Shown here one piece after another: positions 17,663-26,309 of a stretch of 64,000 bases of DNA; positions within the stretch are counted from its first letter, which is position 1, and each line of letters begins with the position of its first letter. Below the pieces are notes generated by a model. It was not told the DNA's origin, searched no databases, and worked only from the letters and a program-made list of their open reading frames with translations. The stretch covers positions 98 to 64,097 of the forward strand of contig JAITRZ010000003.1 in the NCBI GenBank assembly GCA_031288185.1, read 5' to 3'. The stretch comes from Coriobacteriales bacterium (GTDB taxonomy: Bacteria > Actinomycetota > Coriobacteriia > Coriobacteriales > UBA8131). The position numbers and the translations under genes were made by a program.

Positions 17663-18646
17663 CTAGACATCTACTCCCAAAACGGCCTTAGCAACCAGGC
17701 CAATGAGAAAGGAGATCACCGCAACGCCCAGGCTGATGGCGGCCATTCGTCCAAAACGGCTCCAGAAGGGTTGGTTTTGAGCCACAGAAATATAGAAATT
17801 AAAAAACATAATAACGGCTATGACCGCCCCCAACATAGTCACCAGCGCCCAGACATACATATCATTGGGAAACAGCAGGTAGGGTAGGATAAGAACCACT
17901 ACCGTTAGCAGATAGGCAACGCCCGTGTAAAGACTGGCCTTAAGAGCATTGGGGTTACCGTCCGCCTTTTCTGCCAAGTAATTGGAGGCGGCCATGCTCA
18001 GCGTTGCGGCTATGCCGGTCACAATACCCGCCAAAGCCACCAGCCGCGTATTGGTCAAAGCCAGGGTAAGGCCCGCTATGGTACCCGTCAGTTCGACCAG
18101 GGCATCATTGAGGCCCAGCACAATCGCGCCTACATATTTCAGGCGCTCCTCATCCAGGATGCCAATGAGCATCTCTTCATGTTCCAGCTCATTGTCAATG
18201 ATGGTTGCGACCTCGGGCAGGGCATGAGGCAGGCGAGCATAGCGCTTGCAGGTGCTCAGTTCGCCGCGCTCCATCAGTCTAAGCACAAAGGTGTAACCCA
18301 ATAGCACCAGCAAAAGGGTATACCAGGTGCTACGCAGATAATCCGGCCGTACGTCGCGCTGGGTATAGTATTTCCAGGTCTGATAGTGATCAAGTTCATC
18401 AGCGGCAATGCGCGCAAGCACGGTGGAGTGACTTTCATGCTTTTCAAAACGAGCCATGCGTGAGTAGACAATGTGGTCGGTAGCCTCAGCCCTCTGAAAG
18501 TTGAGCAGGACGCGCAGTGTTGTGGCGTCCAGTTGGCCGGGGATGGCAGGGGGGGAGGAGTCCGTGCGGGCAGAGATTACAGCGGCGGGAGCGGTGTCTG
18601 GCTCTGTGGCCCTGGGCATCTGTCCGGAATCTTTACGTGCTGTCAT
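17663..18646 (-). CDS. Ferritin-like domain fused to a VIT1/CCC1 iron/manganese transporter
   Basis: The N-terminal four-helix region has 'EATDHIVY' and 'AADELDHYQTW' (ExxH-type). The C-terminal part, 'YVGAIVLGLNDALVELTGTIAGLTLAL' plus 5 TM segments, fits the VIT family. Confidence 0.8.
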   Translation of the reverse strand: MTARKDSGQMPRATEPDTAPAAVISARTDSSPPAIPGQLDATTLRVLLNFQRAEATDHIVYSRMARFEKHESHSTVLARIAADELDHYQTWKYYTQRDVRPDYLRSTWYTLLLVLLGYTFVLRLMERGELSTCKRYARLPHALPEVATIIDNELEHEEMLIGILDEERLKYVGAIVLGLNDALVELTGTIAGLTLALTNTRLVALAGIVTGIAATLSMAASNYLAEKADGNPNALKASLYTGVAYLLTVVVLILPYLLFPNDMYVWALVTMLGAVIAVIMFFNFYISVAQNQPFWSRFGRMAAISLGVAVISFLIGLVAKAVLGVDV

Positions 18647-18670
18647 GGTTGATATCCTCGGTTGTTTGGC

Positions 18671-18774
18671 AGCCGCAACGTATCGTCAGCCGGCGTGTCA
18701 GTTGTTGGGCAATCATTAAGGATTACGCCACCAAATCTGAGCCGCAACGTATCGTCAGCCGGCGTGTCAGTTGT
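18671..18774. repeat. Perfect 35-bp direct repeat, 69-bp period
   Basis: agccgcaacgtatcgtcagccggcgtgtcagttgt occurs at 18671-18705 and again at 18740-18774, between the EF-G-paralog stop and the VIT1 start. Confidence 0.9.
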
Positions 18775-18777
18775 GCC

Positions 18778-20892
18778 TTACTTATGACCTTCCTCACGGC
18801 GACTCTGATAATCTGCTATCAGTTTTTTTGACACCTCTTTAGGAATTTCTTCATATCCCTCCACCTCTATCCGGTAAGAACCGGCCCCTCTGGTCATGGA
18901 GCGCAGATCCCTGGCATAGGTGATGACTTCCTTGTAGGGCACGCGGGCTTTTATAACGGTGCGGCCAGCAGAGCTGGTGTCCATGCCGCCCACCCTTCCA
19001 CGCCGGGTGGAAAAATCCCCCATGATAACGCCGGCGAACTCTTCGCTCACCGTGACCTCTAAATTTGCCATAGGTTCAAGCAAATATACGTCGGCCTTGC
19101 TGCAGCCGTCCCGAAAGGCCAATCGCGCCGCCTGTCGAAAAGCCATTTCGTTGGAATCTACCGAGTGATAAGAGCCGTCATAGACCACGGCCTTGACATC
19201 CACAAAGGGATCATCGGTTAGATAGCCTTCATTCAGGGCTTCGCGCAATCCCTTGTCCACCGCTGGAATCAGGCCACGGGGAATGCGTCCGCCCACAACC
19301 TCGTCGCCAAATTCATAACCGCCACCGGGGTTTGGCTCCAGACGCACCCAGCACTCGCCAAACTGACCGGCGCCACCGGTTTGTTTCTTATGACGGCCAT
19401 GGCCCTCAGCAACCTTACGGATGGTTTCCCGGTAGGGCACCTTTACCTCCAGAAGCCGCGCCTCTACACCGCTGCGCTCCTTCAGGCGCGACAATAGCAG
19501 GTCTACGGCACCTTCTCCCAGAGTAAACAACAGGGTTTGGTGGGTCTGATCATTGCGGGTGAGCCTGACGCAGGGGTCAATCTCGGCTGATTTAGCTAAA
19601 AAATCCCCCAGTTTATCGTCGTCGTTTTTGCTGGCGGCTTCAATGGCCACCGGATACAGCGGTTCAGGCAGGGGCAGGGGAGCGATCTGCGCCTTGCCGT
19701 CGCGTGACAGCGTGTCGCCGGTGCGTACCTCATTTAGCTTGGGGATGACAACGATGTCACCGGCCCGGGCCGACTTAACGTCTTCGGTCTCCTTGCCGCA
19801 CATCACAAAGATATGAGCAAAACGCTCCTTTTTGCCATTGCGAGCGCAAATAAACTCCTGACCCGGCTCAATGATGCCGCTGAGCACCTTTACAAAACTC
19901 AAGCGCCCCACAAATGCATCAGAAACCGTCTTGAATACATAAAAGGCCGGCTCGCCGCTCTCATCTATGTGCAGCTCGCTGCCATCGGCTGCCGGAAAGG
20001 GCCCGTGGGCATCAGGGGCGGGAAAGTAACTGATAATGTCGTCCATGATTCCAAGGATGCCCTGTTCTACCAGGGTTGAGCCCACAAACACCGGAATAAA
20101 CAGTTCTTCTACGATGGCCTTACTCAACAGGCTTTCCAGTTCTTCCTGAGTTAGTTGCTCCTCGCCATCCAGATACTTCATCATCAGCTCGTCATCGGCT
20201 TCCGCCACCAGGTCACAGAGTTTGTCGCGGGCCGCCTGGGCGGCCTGGGCATACTCAGCAGGGATTTCCTCAACACGTTCCCTGTCGCCTGAGTGATAGT
20301 GGGCTTGCATACGAATGACGTCAATAACGCCCTTGAAATCCTTGTCTACCCCAATGGGGATGGTAACCGCTCCCACTCGATGACCAAAGCGCTGGATTAA
20401 TCCTGCCAAGGCGGCATCAAAGTTGGCATGTTCCCGGTCGATATGATTGATGAAAAAGGCGCGGCAGAGGTGTTCGCGGTCAGCCTCTTCCCACAGTTTG
20501 ACGGCTCCCACCTGCGGCCCGGCCACCGCGTCGATCACAAATAGGGCCAATTCTGCGGCGCTTAATGCCGCTATGGTCTCGCCTATGAAATCATCAGAGC
20601 CGGAGGTATCCAGGAGGTTGATCTTAAAACCCTTGTAATGGATGGGAGCTAACGAAGTTGTGATTGTAAAACCACGCTTGATCTCCTCAGGATCATAATC
20701 CAGGTTAGACTTGCCATCGTGGGTGGTGCCCAGCCGCGAAGTGCGTCCCGAAAGATGCAGCATCGCCTCGGCAAACGAGGTCTTGCCGGCGCCATCCTGG
20801 CCAACCAATACGATGTTGCGAACCTGCTCAGTAGCTGGTGCTGCCAATTTGATCACCCTTTCCTTGATACCCGCAGTTGCCACGGGTGTCAA
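18778..20892 (-). CDS. Elongation factor G paralog with non-canonical GTPase motifs
   Basis: 704 aa with EF-G five-domain architecture throughout. G1 is 'GQDGAGKTS'. G3 is 'DTSGSDDF' instead of DTPGHVDF. G4 is 'NHID' instead of NKxD. Confidence 0.85.
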   Translation of the reverse strand: MTPVATAGIKERVIKLAAPATEQVRNIVLVGQDGAGKTSFAEAMLHLSGRTSRLGTTHDGKSNLDYDPEEIKRGFTITTSLAPIHYKGFKINLLDTSGSDDFIGETIAALSAAELALFVIDAVAGPQVGAVKLWEEADREHLCRAFFINHIDREHANFDAALAGLIQRFGHRVGAVTIPIGVDKDFKGVIDVIRMQAHYHSGDRERVEEIPAEYAQAAQAARDKLCDLVAEADDELMMKYLDGEEQLTQEELESLLSKAIVEELFIPVFVGSTLVEQGILGIMDDIISYFPAPDAHGPFPAADGSELHIDESGEPAFYVFKTVSDAFVGRLSFVKVLSGIIEPGQEFICARNGKKERFAHIFVMCGKETEDVKSARAGDIVVIPKLNEVRTGDTLSRDGKAQIAPLPLPEPLYPVAIEAASKNDDDKLGDFLAKSAEIDPCVRLTRNDQTHQTLLFTLGEGAVDLLLSRLKERSGVEARLLEVKVPYRETIRKVAEGHGRHKKQTGGAGQFGECWVRLEPNPGGGYEFGDEVVGGRIPRGLIPAVDKGLREALNEGYLTDDPFVDVKAVVYDGSYHSVDSNEMAFRQAARLAFRDGCSKADVYLLEPMANLEVTVSEEFAGVIMGDFSTRRGRVGGMDTSSAGRTVIKARVPYKEVITYARDLRSMTRGAGSYRIEVEGYEEIPKEVSKKLIADYQSRREEGHK

Positions 20893-21117
20893 TGAGCACG
20901 GCGGTTGCCTGCTCTATCCGCGAACCTGTCCAATCCTGGCAAGAGCCACTCACGCACGCAAACCACTATAGCAAATCTGCCCCTGCCAGGGAGCAGCCAC
21001 CAGAAAACATGACCACCCTTGCCATTGAGCGGTGCTTTTTCAAGGCGAGACACGAAAAGCGCGAGCATCCGATTGATGGTTTTAGGCCGTGAGGTGAAAA
21101 ACGCCGGCGGGTAATGG

Positions 21118-21151
21118 GTGGATGATGCCTGCCGAGTGGATGATGCCTGCC
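21118..21151. repeat. 16-bp direct repeat x2 (gtggatgatgcctgcc), 18-bp period
   Basis: Copies at 21118-21133 and 21136-21151, followed by the hairpin CCTGCC-N9-GGCAGG. Confidence 0.85.
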
Positions 21152-21177
21152 TCACCCCTGGGCAGGACACAGGGCTC

Positions 21178-21255
21178 AATGCCAGGCCCCATCCTTATCC
21201 ACACCGCCCTCAGTGTGGGGCCCCGCCATCCTAATGCCAGGCCCTATCCTTATCC
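21178..21255. repeat. 23-bp direct repeat x2 (aatgccaggcccYatccttatcc), 55-bp period, abutting a TATAAT box
   Basis: Copies at 21178-21200 and 21233-21255, with one mismatch. TATAAT lies at 21258-21263, 45 nt upstream of the ileS start. Confidence 0.85.
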
Positions 21256-21307
21256 TTTATAATGAGCGTTTGAGTAAACAAACGTTTCCAGGAAAGGAAC
21301 ACCGGGT

Positions 21308-24300
21308 TTGTCACAGGACTACAAATCAACCATGAATCTGCCCCAAACCGCCTTTCCAATGCGCGCGGGGCTGGCCAAAAGCGAGCCGCTACGCTTGCGC
21401 AAATGGCAAGAGCTGGACGTCTATCACCAGCTTCTGGCCCAAAACCAGGGCCAGCCCAGCTACATCCTGCATGACGGGCCGCCCTACGCCAATGGACCCC
21501 TACATATGGGCCATGCCTTTAACAAGGTGCTCAAGGACATCATTGTTCGCTACAAATCTCAATGTGGTTTTTATGCGCCCTTTGTGCCCGGCTGGGACTG
21601 TCATGGGCAGCCCATTGAGCATATGGTTGAGGCTACCTTGGGCCCGAAAAAGACGGCGGCCATCGATCAGGTAACCCTGCGGCGCCTCTGCCGCGAGTGG
21701 GCGGAAAAATACGTTAATATACAACGCGCCGGTTTTGTGCGCTTGGGTGTGATGGGAGAGTGGGATGATCCCTACTTAACCTATGCGCCCACCTATGAAG
21801 CCGGTAATGTACAAGTTTTTCAGCAACTTTATGAAGCCGGCGCCATCTATCACGGACGCAAGCCCATCCACTGGTGCCCCCATTGCCACACCGCCCTGGC
21901 CGAAGCCGAGATCGAGTATGCAGACATCGAATCACCGGCTATCTATGTGGCGTTCAAGATTGTCTCAGACGACGCGCTGGCAGCGCGGCTGCTGGCCTCA
22001 CAACCGGCATCAGGCGCTGACATTCTGGCCAATCTTTCCATCCTCATCTGGACTACCACACCCTGGACCCTGCCTGCCAACAGCGCTGTGGCCCTGTCCG
22101 CCACGGCTGACTACCTCCTCATCAAGGCAGCAGGCAGGTATCTGTTTTTGGCTGAAGAGCTGCTTGAGCAGGTCTTTCAGGACATTGAGCTGCCTGATTA
22201 TCAACTGGTGCGCGATGCCAAAGGCGAGCCACTGAGCTTTAAGGGTGGCGATCTGGTGGGGATGCGCTACCATCATCCGATCCTTGCGGGGCTCTTTGGC
22301 CAGGTGGTAACCGGAGCCCATGTGGATTTGTCAACGGGTACCGGAGCAGTACATACCGCCCCTGGCCACGGGCTGGAAGACTACCAGGTAGGGTTGGAGT
22401 ATGACCTACCGCTGCTGATGCCTGTTGACGATAACGGCGTGTTTGATGCGGGCGGCGGGCCCTTTGCGGGCATGGATGTACGCTCGGCAAACCCTCACAT
22501 CATCAAATGGTTGTCTCAGCGTGGCACCCTGCTGGGTTATCGGCCGCTGACGCATGCCTATCCCCATTGCTGGCGCTGCCACCATCCGGTTATCTTTCGC
22601 GCCACCTTTCAGTGGTTTGTGTCCATGGACGCTACGGGGCTACTGGCCAAGGCACTGGCGGCGACTGGCACCATTGGATGGTATCCTAGCTGGGCCGTTA
22701 ATCGTATGCGAGCCATGCTGGAGGGCAGGCCGGATTGGTGTATATCGCGGCAGCGCTCCTGGGGTGTACCCATTCCGGTTTTTACCTGCTCGCATTGTGG
22801 GCAGACGGTGGCTGACAGCACGACCTTTGCCGCTGTTATCGCCCTGTTTGAGCGCGAAGGCTCAGACGGTTGGTTTAAGTACGCTCCCTATGAGTATCTG
22901 CCTGCCAGCGTGCATTGCCAAAACTGCGGCGCTGACGCGCGCGCCCTTACGCCCGACAAGGATATCCTAGACGTTTGGTGGGAAAGCGGTGTGTCACATA
23001 CCAGCGTCCTGCGCGAGCGCGACTATCTTAGCGCACCCGCCGATCTGTACCTGGAGGGCTCTGATCAGCATCGCGGCTGGTTTCAAAGCGCGCTCCTAAC
23101 CAGTGTGGGGGCCTATGGGGTGGCCCCGTATCACGCTATCATGAGCTGTGGATTCATCGTTGATGGCCAGGGCTATAAAATGTCCAAATCTCGCGGCAAT
23201 ATAATTGCCCCTGACCAGATCATTGAGGAGTTTGGCGCTGACGTGCTGCGCCTGTGGGTGGGCTCTATCGATTATGGTACCGACGCGAGTATAGACGCAG
23301 AGATACTGCAGCGCAGCGCTGAAGCCTACCGTCGGATTCGCAATAGCTTCAGATTTTTACTCTCCAACCTGTATGATTTTGACAGTAATATTAACACTTT
23401 AGACTATGACGACCTGCTGGCCCTGGATCGCTGGGCCCTGGCACGGCTTGCCGAGTTGCTCACCAAGGTCAACGATGCCTACGCCTCCTTCCGCTTTCAT
23501 GTGGCCTATCACGCCATCTACGACTATATCGTTAAGGATCTTTCCGCCATCTATCTGGACGCCTTAAAAGACCGTTTGTATTCAGAGGCTGCGGCCTCGC
23601 CGCGCCGGCGCAGCGCACAAACCGTGCTAGCAAACATCCTGGAGGCCCTGGCGCGGGTATTGGCACCCATCCTCTGTTTTACCTGTGATGAGGTCTGGGA
23701 AAACTATCCCTTGGGTATGCGCAACGGTGGTCAGCTCCAGGCAGACAGTCAAATGTCAGCAAACAGCCACGCTCCTATCGCCGGCGACCAAACGCTGGCA
23801 GACCGGCGGGCGCAGGCGGTGGTGCTGGCAGGCTGGTGTACGCCTGAGCAACTGCGGCCCGCTGTGTCTGTGGACAATGCCGAGGCCCTGAGCGCGGATT
23901 TTGTCCTGGTTCTGGCCGCGCGTGAAGCAGTCAATCGCGCCCTGGAACAGGCCCGTGGTGCTGGCGTCATTGGCAAAAGCCAGGAGGCGTGTGTACTGAT
24001 AAGCGCCGCTGATGAGGTCATCCAGACACTGAAAAAGCAAGAAGCCGGACTTTTGGAAGAATTGCTCATTGTGGCTGAGGTCAAACTGAGGCCCTTTGAC
24101 GCAGCTGAGAGCATGCAGGCTGCCCATGACGATGCCCCTCCCGCGTGTTCGTGTGCCGCACCGTCGCAAGACGCGGGCGCTGACACCGAGAAGCCGCGCG
24201 ACTTGGGCGCTGACACGACACCGTCGCAAGACGCGGGCACCGACACGTATAGTGACAGCAGCGCTGTTATCGGCGCTCATACTGCGGTACTCACCGTTAG

Positions 24301-24412
24301 TCGGGCGCCCGGTCAAAAGTGCGCGCGCTGCTGGAATATCCGCACATTGGGATCAGACCCTGATTATCCTGACCTCTGCGCGCGTTGCGTCGCAGTGCTC
24401 AGACAGTTGTAA
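21308..24412 (+). CDS. ileS: Isoleucine--tRNA ligase
   Basis: 'DYKSTMNLPQTAFPMRAGL' start, HIGH motif 'PYANGPLHMGHAFN', KMSKS motif 'YKMSKSRGN', and a C-terminal zinc motif 'CARCWN...CARC'. 1034 aa. Confidence 0.95.
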   Translation: MSQDYKSTMNLPQTAFPMRAGLAKSEPLRLRKWQELDVYHQLLAQNQGQPSYILHDGPPYANGPLHMGHAFNKVLKDIIVRYKSQCGFYAPFVPGWDCHGQPIEHMVEATLGPKKTAAIDQVTLRRLCREWAEKYVNIQRAGFVRLGVMGEWDDPYLTYAPTYEAGNVQVFQQLYEAGAIYHGRKPIHWCPHCHTALAEAEIEYADIESPAIYVAFKIVSDDALAARLLASQPASGADILANLSILIWTTTPWTLPANSAVALSATADYLLIKAAGRYLFLAEELLEQVFQDIELPDYQLVRDAKGEPLSFKGGDLVGMRYHHPILAGLFGQVVTGAHVDLSTGTGAVHTAPGHGLEDYQVGLEYDLPLLMPVDDNGVFDAGGGPFAGMDVRSANPHIIKWLSQRGTLLGYRPLTHAYPHCWRCHHPVIFRATFQWFVSMDATGLLAKALAATGTIGWYPSWAVNRMRAMLEGRPDWCISRQRSWGVPIPVFTCSHCGQTVADSTTFAAVIALFEREGSDGWFKYAPYEYLPASVHCQNCGADARALTPDKDILDVWWESGVSHTSVLRERDYLSAPADLYLEGSDQHRGWFQSALLTSVGAYGVAPYHAIMSCGFIVDGQGYKMSKSRGNIIAPDQIIEEFGADVLRLWVGSIDYGTDASIDAEILQRSAEAYRRIRNSFRFLLSNLYDFDSNINTLDYDDLLALDRWALARLAELLTKVNDAYASFRFHVAYHAIYDYIVKDLSAIYLDALKDRLYSEAAASPRRRSAQTVLANILEALARVLAPILCFTCDEVWENYPLGMRNGGQLQADSQMSANSHAPIAGDQTLADRRAQAVVLAGWCTPEQLRPAVSVDNAEALSADFVLVLAAREAVNRALEQARGAGVIGKSQEACVLISAADEVIQTLKKQEAGLLEELLIVAEVKLRPFDAAESMQAAHDDAPPACSCAAPSQDAGADTEKPRDLGADTTPSQDAGTDTYSDSSAVIGAHTAVLTVSRAPGQKCARCWNIRTLGSDPDYPDLCARCVAVLRQL
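24159..24246. repeat. 28-bp direct repeat x2 within the ileS C-terminal insert, 60-bp period
   Basis: caccgtcgcaagacgcgggcgctgacac at 24159-24186 and caccgtcgcaagacgcgggcaccgacac at 24219-24246. They encode the repeated 'PSQDAG(A/T)DT'. Confidence 0.85.
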
Positions 24413-24418
24413 ACCACC

Positions 24419-25018
24419 GTGTTGTCCCAACAAACGCCTCTCCCCAAGCCAAATAGTGGCGACCCTTCGCCTGATGATGTATCGGCCGGTCTTGCTACCA
24501 CATCTGCAGACAGTCCCTCCTCTCTGTCCACCCGCCGGCGCAATCTGCTTATATTTGTGGTGTTTACCGGGGTATTGATAGCAGCGGATCGTGCAAGTAA
24601 GCTGGCGGCCCTGGCCGCTTTTGGCAACGGACAGTCGCTTGTTGTTATTCCGGGCATTTTGGAATGTACCCTGGTTTGGAACCGTGGCGCCGCCTTTGGC
24701 CTGTTTGAGGGCGCTGGCCCGCTGTTTCTGGCAGTAGCGCTGTTTGTCGTGGGCATGGCGCTGGTGTATCTGTTAAAAAGTCGCCAACCGCGCTTGCTTG
24801 TTGCGCTGTCTCTGGCCCTGATTGTGGCCGGCGCCGTGGGTAACGCCTATGACCGTCTGGCCAGTGGCGCAGTGCCTGACTTCCTGCACCTGTTGTTTGT
24901 GGAGTTTCCGGTTTTCAATCTGGCAGACTGCTGCCTGACGATGGGCGAAGCTGGAATCCTCCTGTATATCCTGTTGGGTTTAAGGCAACCAACACGCTCA
25001 AAGACAAACCAGGACTGA
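24419..25018 (+). CDS. lspA: Lipoprotein signal peptidase II
   Basis: 'VWNRGAAFGLF', 'GNAYDRL' and 'VPDFL...FPVFNLADCCLTMG' are LspA signatures. The ileS-lspA synteny is conserved. Confidence 0.9.
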   Translation: MLSQQTPLPKPNSGDPSPDDVSAGLATTSADSPSSLSTRRRNLLIFVVFTGVLIAADRASKLAALAAFGNGQSLVVIPGILECTLVWNRGAAFGLFEGAGPLFLAVALFVVGMALVYLLKSRQPRLLVALSLALIVAGAVGNAYDRLASGAVPDFLHLLFVEFPVFNLADCCLTMGEAGILLYILLGLRQPTRSKTNQD

Positions 25019-25995
25019 TGGCACTGCTTGAGCATATAGTCACCGGTCTTGAGCAGGGTATGCGCCTGGACGCGCTGCTTGCAGAACTACCGGATGTTCC
25101 CAGTCGCGCCGCAGCCGTTCGCCTGCTGGAGTCTGGCTCCGTAAGTCTCAACGGTGAGACAACCGCCGCCAAAAGAAGGATTGTCATGTCGGGCGATCTT
25201 ATCGCCTATCGAGCCCATGAGCAGGTTCCCTTCTTGGTGCGGGGCGAGCAGATTCCCTTGGATATACGCTATGAGGACGAGCATCTTATTGTGCTTAGTA
25301 AACCAGCAGGTATGGTGGTGCACCCCGCTCAGGGCCATGCCAGTGGCACCTTGGTAAATGCGCTGATAGCCCGCTATGGTCTGGATAATCTGGCCCAGTT
25401 GCAGGGCCCTGATCGTCCGGGTATCGTTCACCGGCTAGACAAGGGTAGTTCTGGTTTGATGCTGGCGGCCAAAAGTGATCAGGCTGGCGAGCTGTTGCAG
25501 CAGGATATTCGCACGCGCAACGTTGACCGTCGCTACCTAAGCCTGGTGCATGGCGTTATCGCGCCAGAGAGCGGCCTGATAGACGCTCCTATCGCCCGGG
25601 GTGATGTGGATCGCAAGCGGATGTTTGCTTCTGACAAGCCCTTCGCCCGCGCCGCTTTTACCAGCTTCAAGGTGCTGGAACGCTTTGAGGCTGCTCCCGG
25701 CGACGAAGGTTTTACCTATCTGGAATGCAAGCTCCATACAGGCCGCACCCATCAAATCAGGGTGCACATGAGTTACATTAAACATCCCATCATTGGTGAC
25801 CCGCTCTACGGCCGCCAAAATCCCAAGGCTCAGCGGGGTCTCAGGCGTCAGTTTCTGCATTCCTGGAGCCTGGCTTTTACCCACCCCATTACTGAAGCCC
25901 CTCTGTGCTTTACCGACAATCTGCCCGATGATCTGGCCCAGACCCTGTCTGAGCTCGCGCCCCGTTCTCTGGGTCGTGTTGCAGAAGGGGCATGA
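25018..25995 (+). CDS. rluD: RluA-family 23S rRNA pseudouridine synthase (RluD-like)
   Basis: S4-like N-terminus ('RLDALLAE...SRAAAVRLLESGSVSLNG'), catalytic 'HRLDKGSSGLMLAAK', and 'GRTHQIRVHM'. Confidence 0.88.
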   Translation: MALLEHIVTGLEQGMRLDALLAELPDVPSRAAAVRLLESGSVSLNGETTAAKRRIVMSGDLIAYRAHEQVPFLVRGEQIPLDIRYEDEHLIVLSKPAGMVVHPAQGHASGTLVNALIARYGLDNLAQLQGPDRPGIVHRLDKGSSGLMLAAKSDQAGELLQQDIRTRNVDRRYLSLVHGVIAPESGLIDAPIARGDVDRKRMFASDKPFARAAFTSFKVLERFEAAPGDEGFTYLECKLHTGRTHQIRVHMSYIKHPIIGDPLYGRQNPKAQRGLRRQFLHSWSLAFTHPITEAPLCFTDNLPDDLAQTLSELAPRSLGRVAEGA

Positions 25996-26309
25996 GACGG
26001 GCACCAACCACGCCGCACAGACGGTACAGGCACGCACCGTGCGTGACGCGCGCCAGTGCGATAGATTTTTCCGTGAGCGCAAACCGCGCAACGCAAATAC
26101 TGCGCGCCCATACGGCGTCCATCCGCATCACCGGTGCCCATCTCTGCTACAATTGTTGATTCCGGTGTGTCAGGTTTCACAGGCGACTGAAGCCACAGGC
26201 CCTGTGGAAAGGGCTGAGCTGTCCTGTGGCGGCGTAGGCGTTGCAAGAGCGGCCCGTGGTCGCTCAAGGTGAAACGGGCGCGCGTTACAAGACAACTTTC
26301 GGAGGCAGC

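Noticed and set aside
5995-18673. Recurrent intergenic TTTGGCAG motif (5993, 12665, 12685, 18664, and also 56872) as sigma-54 -24 elements.
   Set aside because: None is followed by a -12 TTGC element at the right spacing. No enhancer-binding protein gene is in the window. Several copies are simply parts of the local duplications.
18647-18777. yybP-ykoY manganese riboswitch upstream of the VIT1-family transporter.
   Set aside because: The 130-nt spacer (read on the minus strand) shows none of the conserved GGGGAGUAG or CUUGACAUA-type blocks or a four-way junction. It is dominated by a perfect 35-bp DNA duplication.
20893-21307. Possible T-box riboswitch upstream of ileS. 'AATGGGTGGATGATGCC' superficially resembles the T-box core GGGUGGnACCnCG.
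   Set aside because: The sequence lacks the ACCGCG half. The UGGA would pair with a U73 discriminator, not tRNA-Ile. No stem I with a specifier loop carrying AUC and no terminator/antiterminator pair is evident. The best -10 box (21258) leaves only a leader of about 45 nt. The motif is better explained as one copy of a 16-bp direct repeat.
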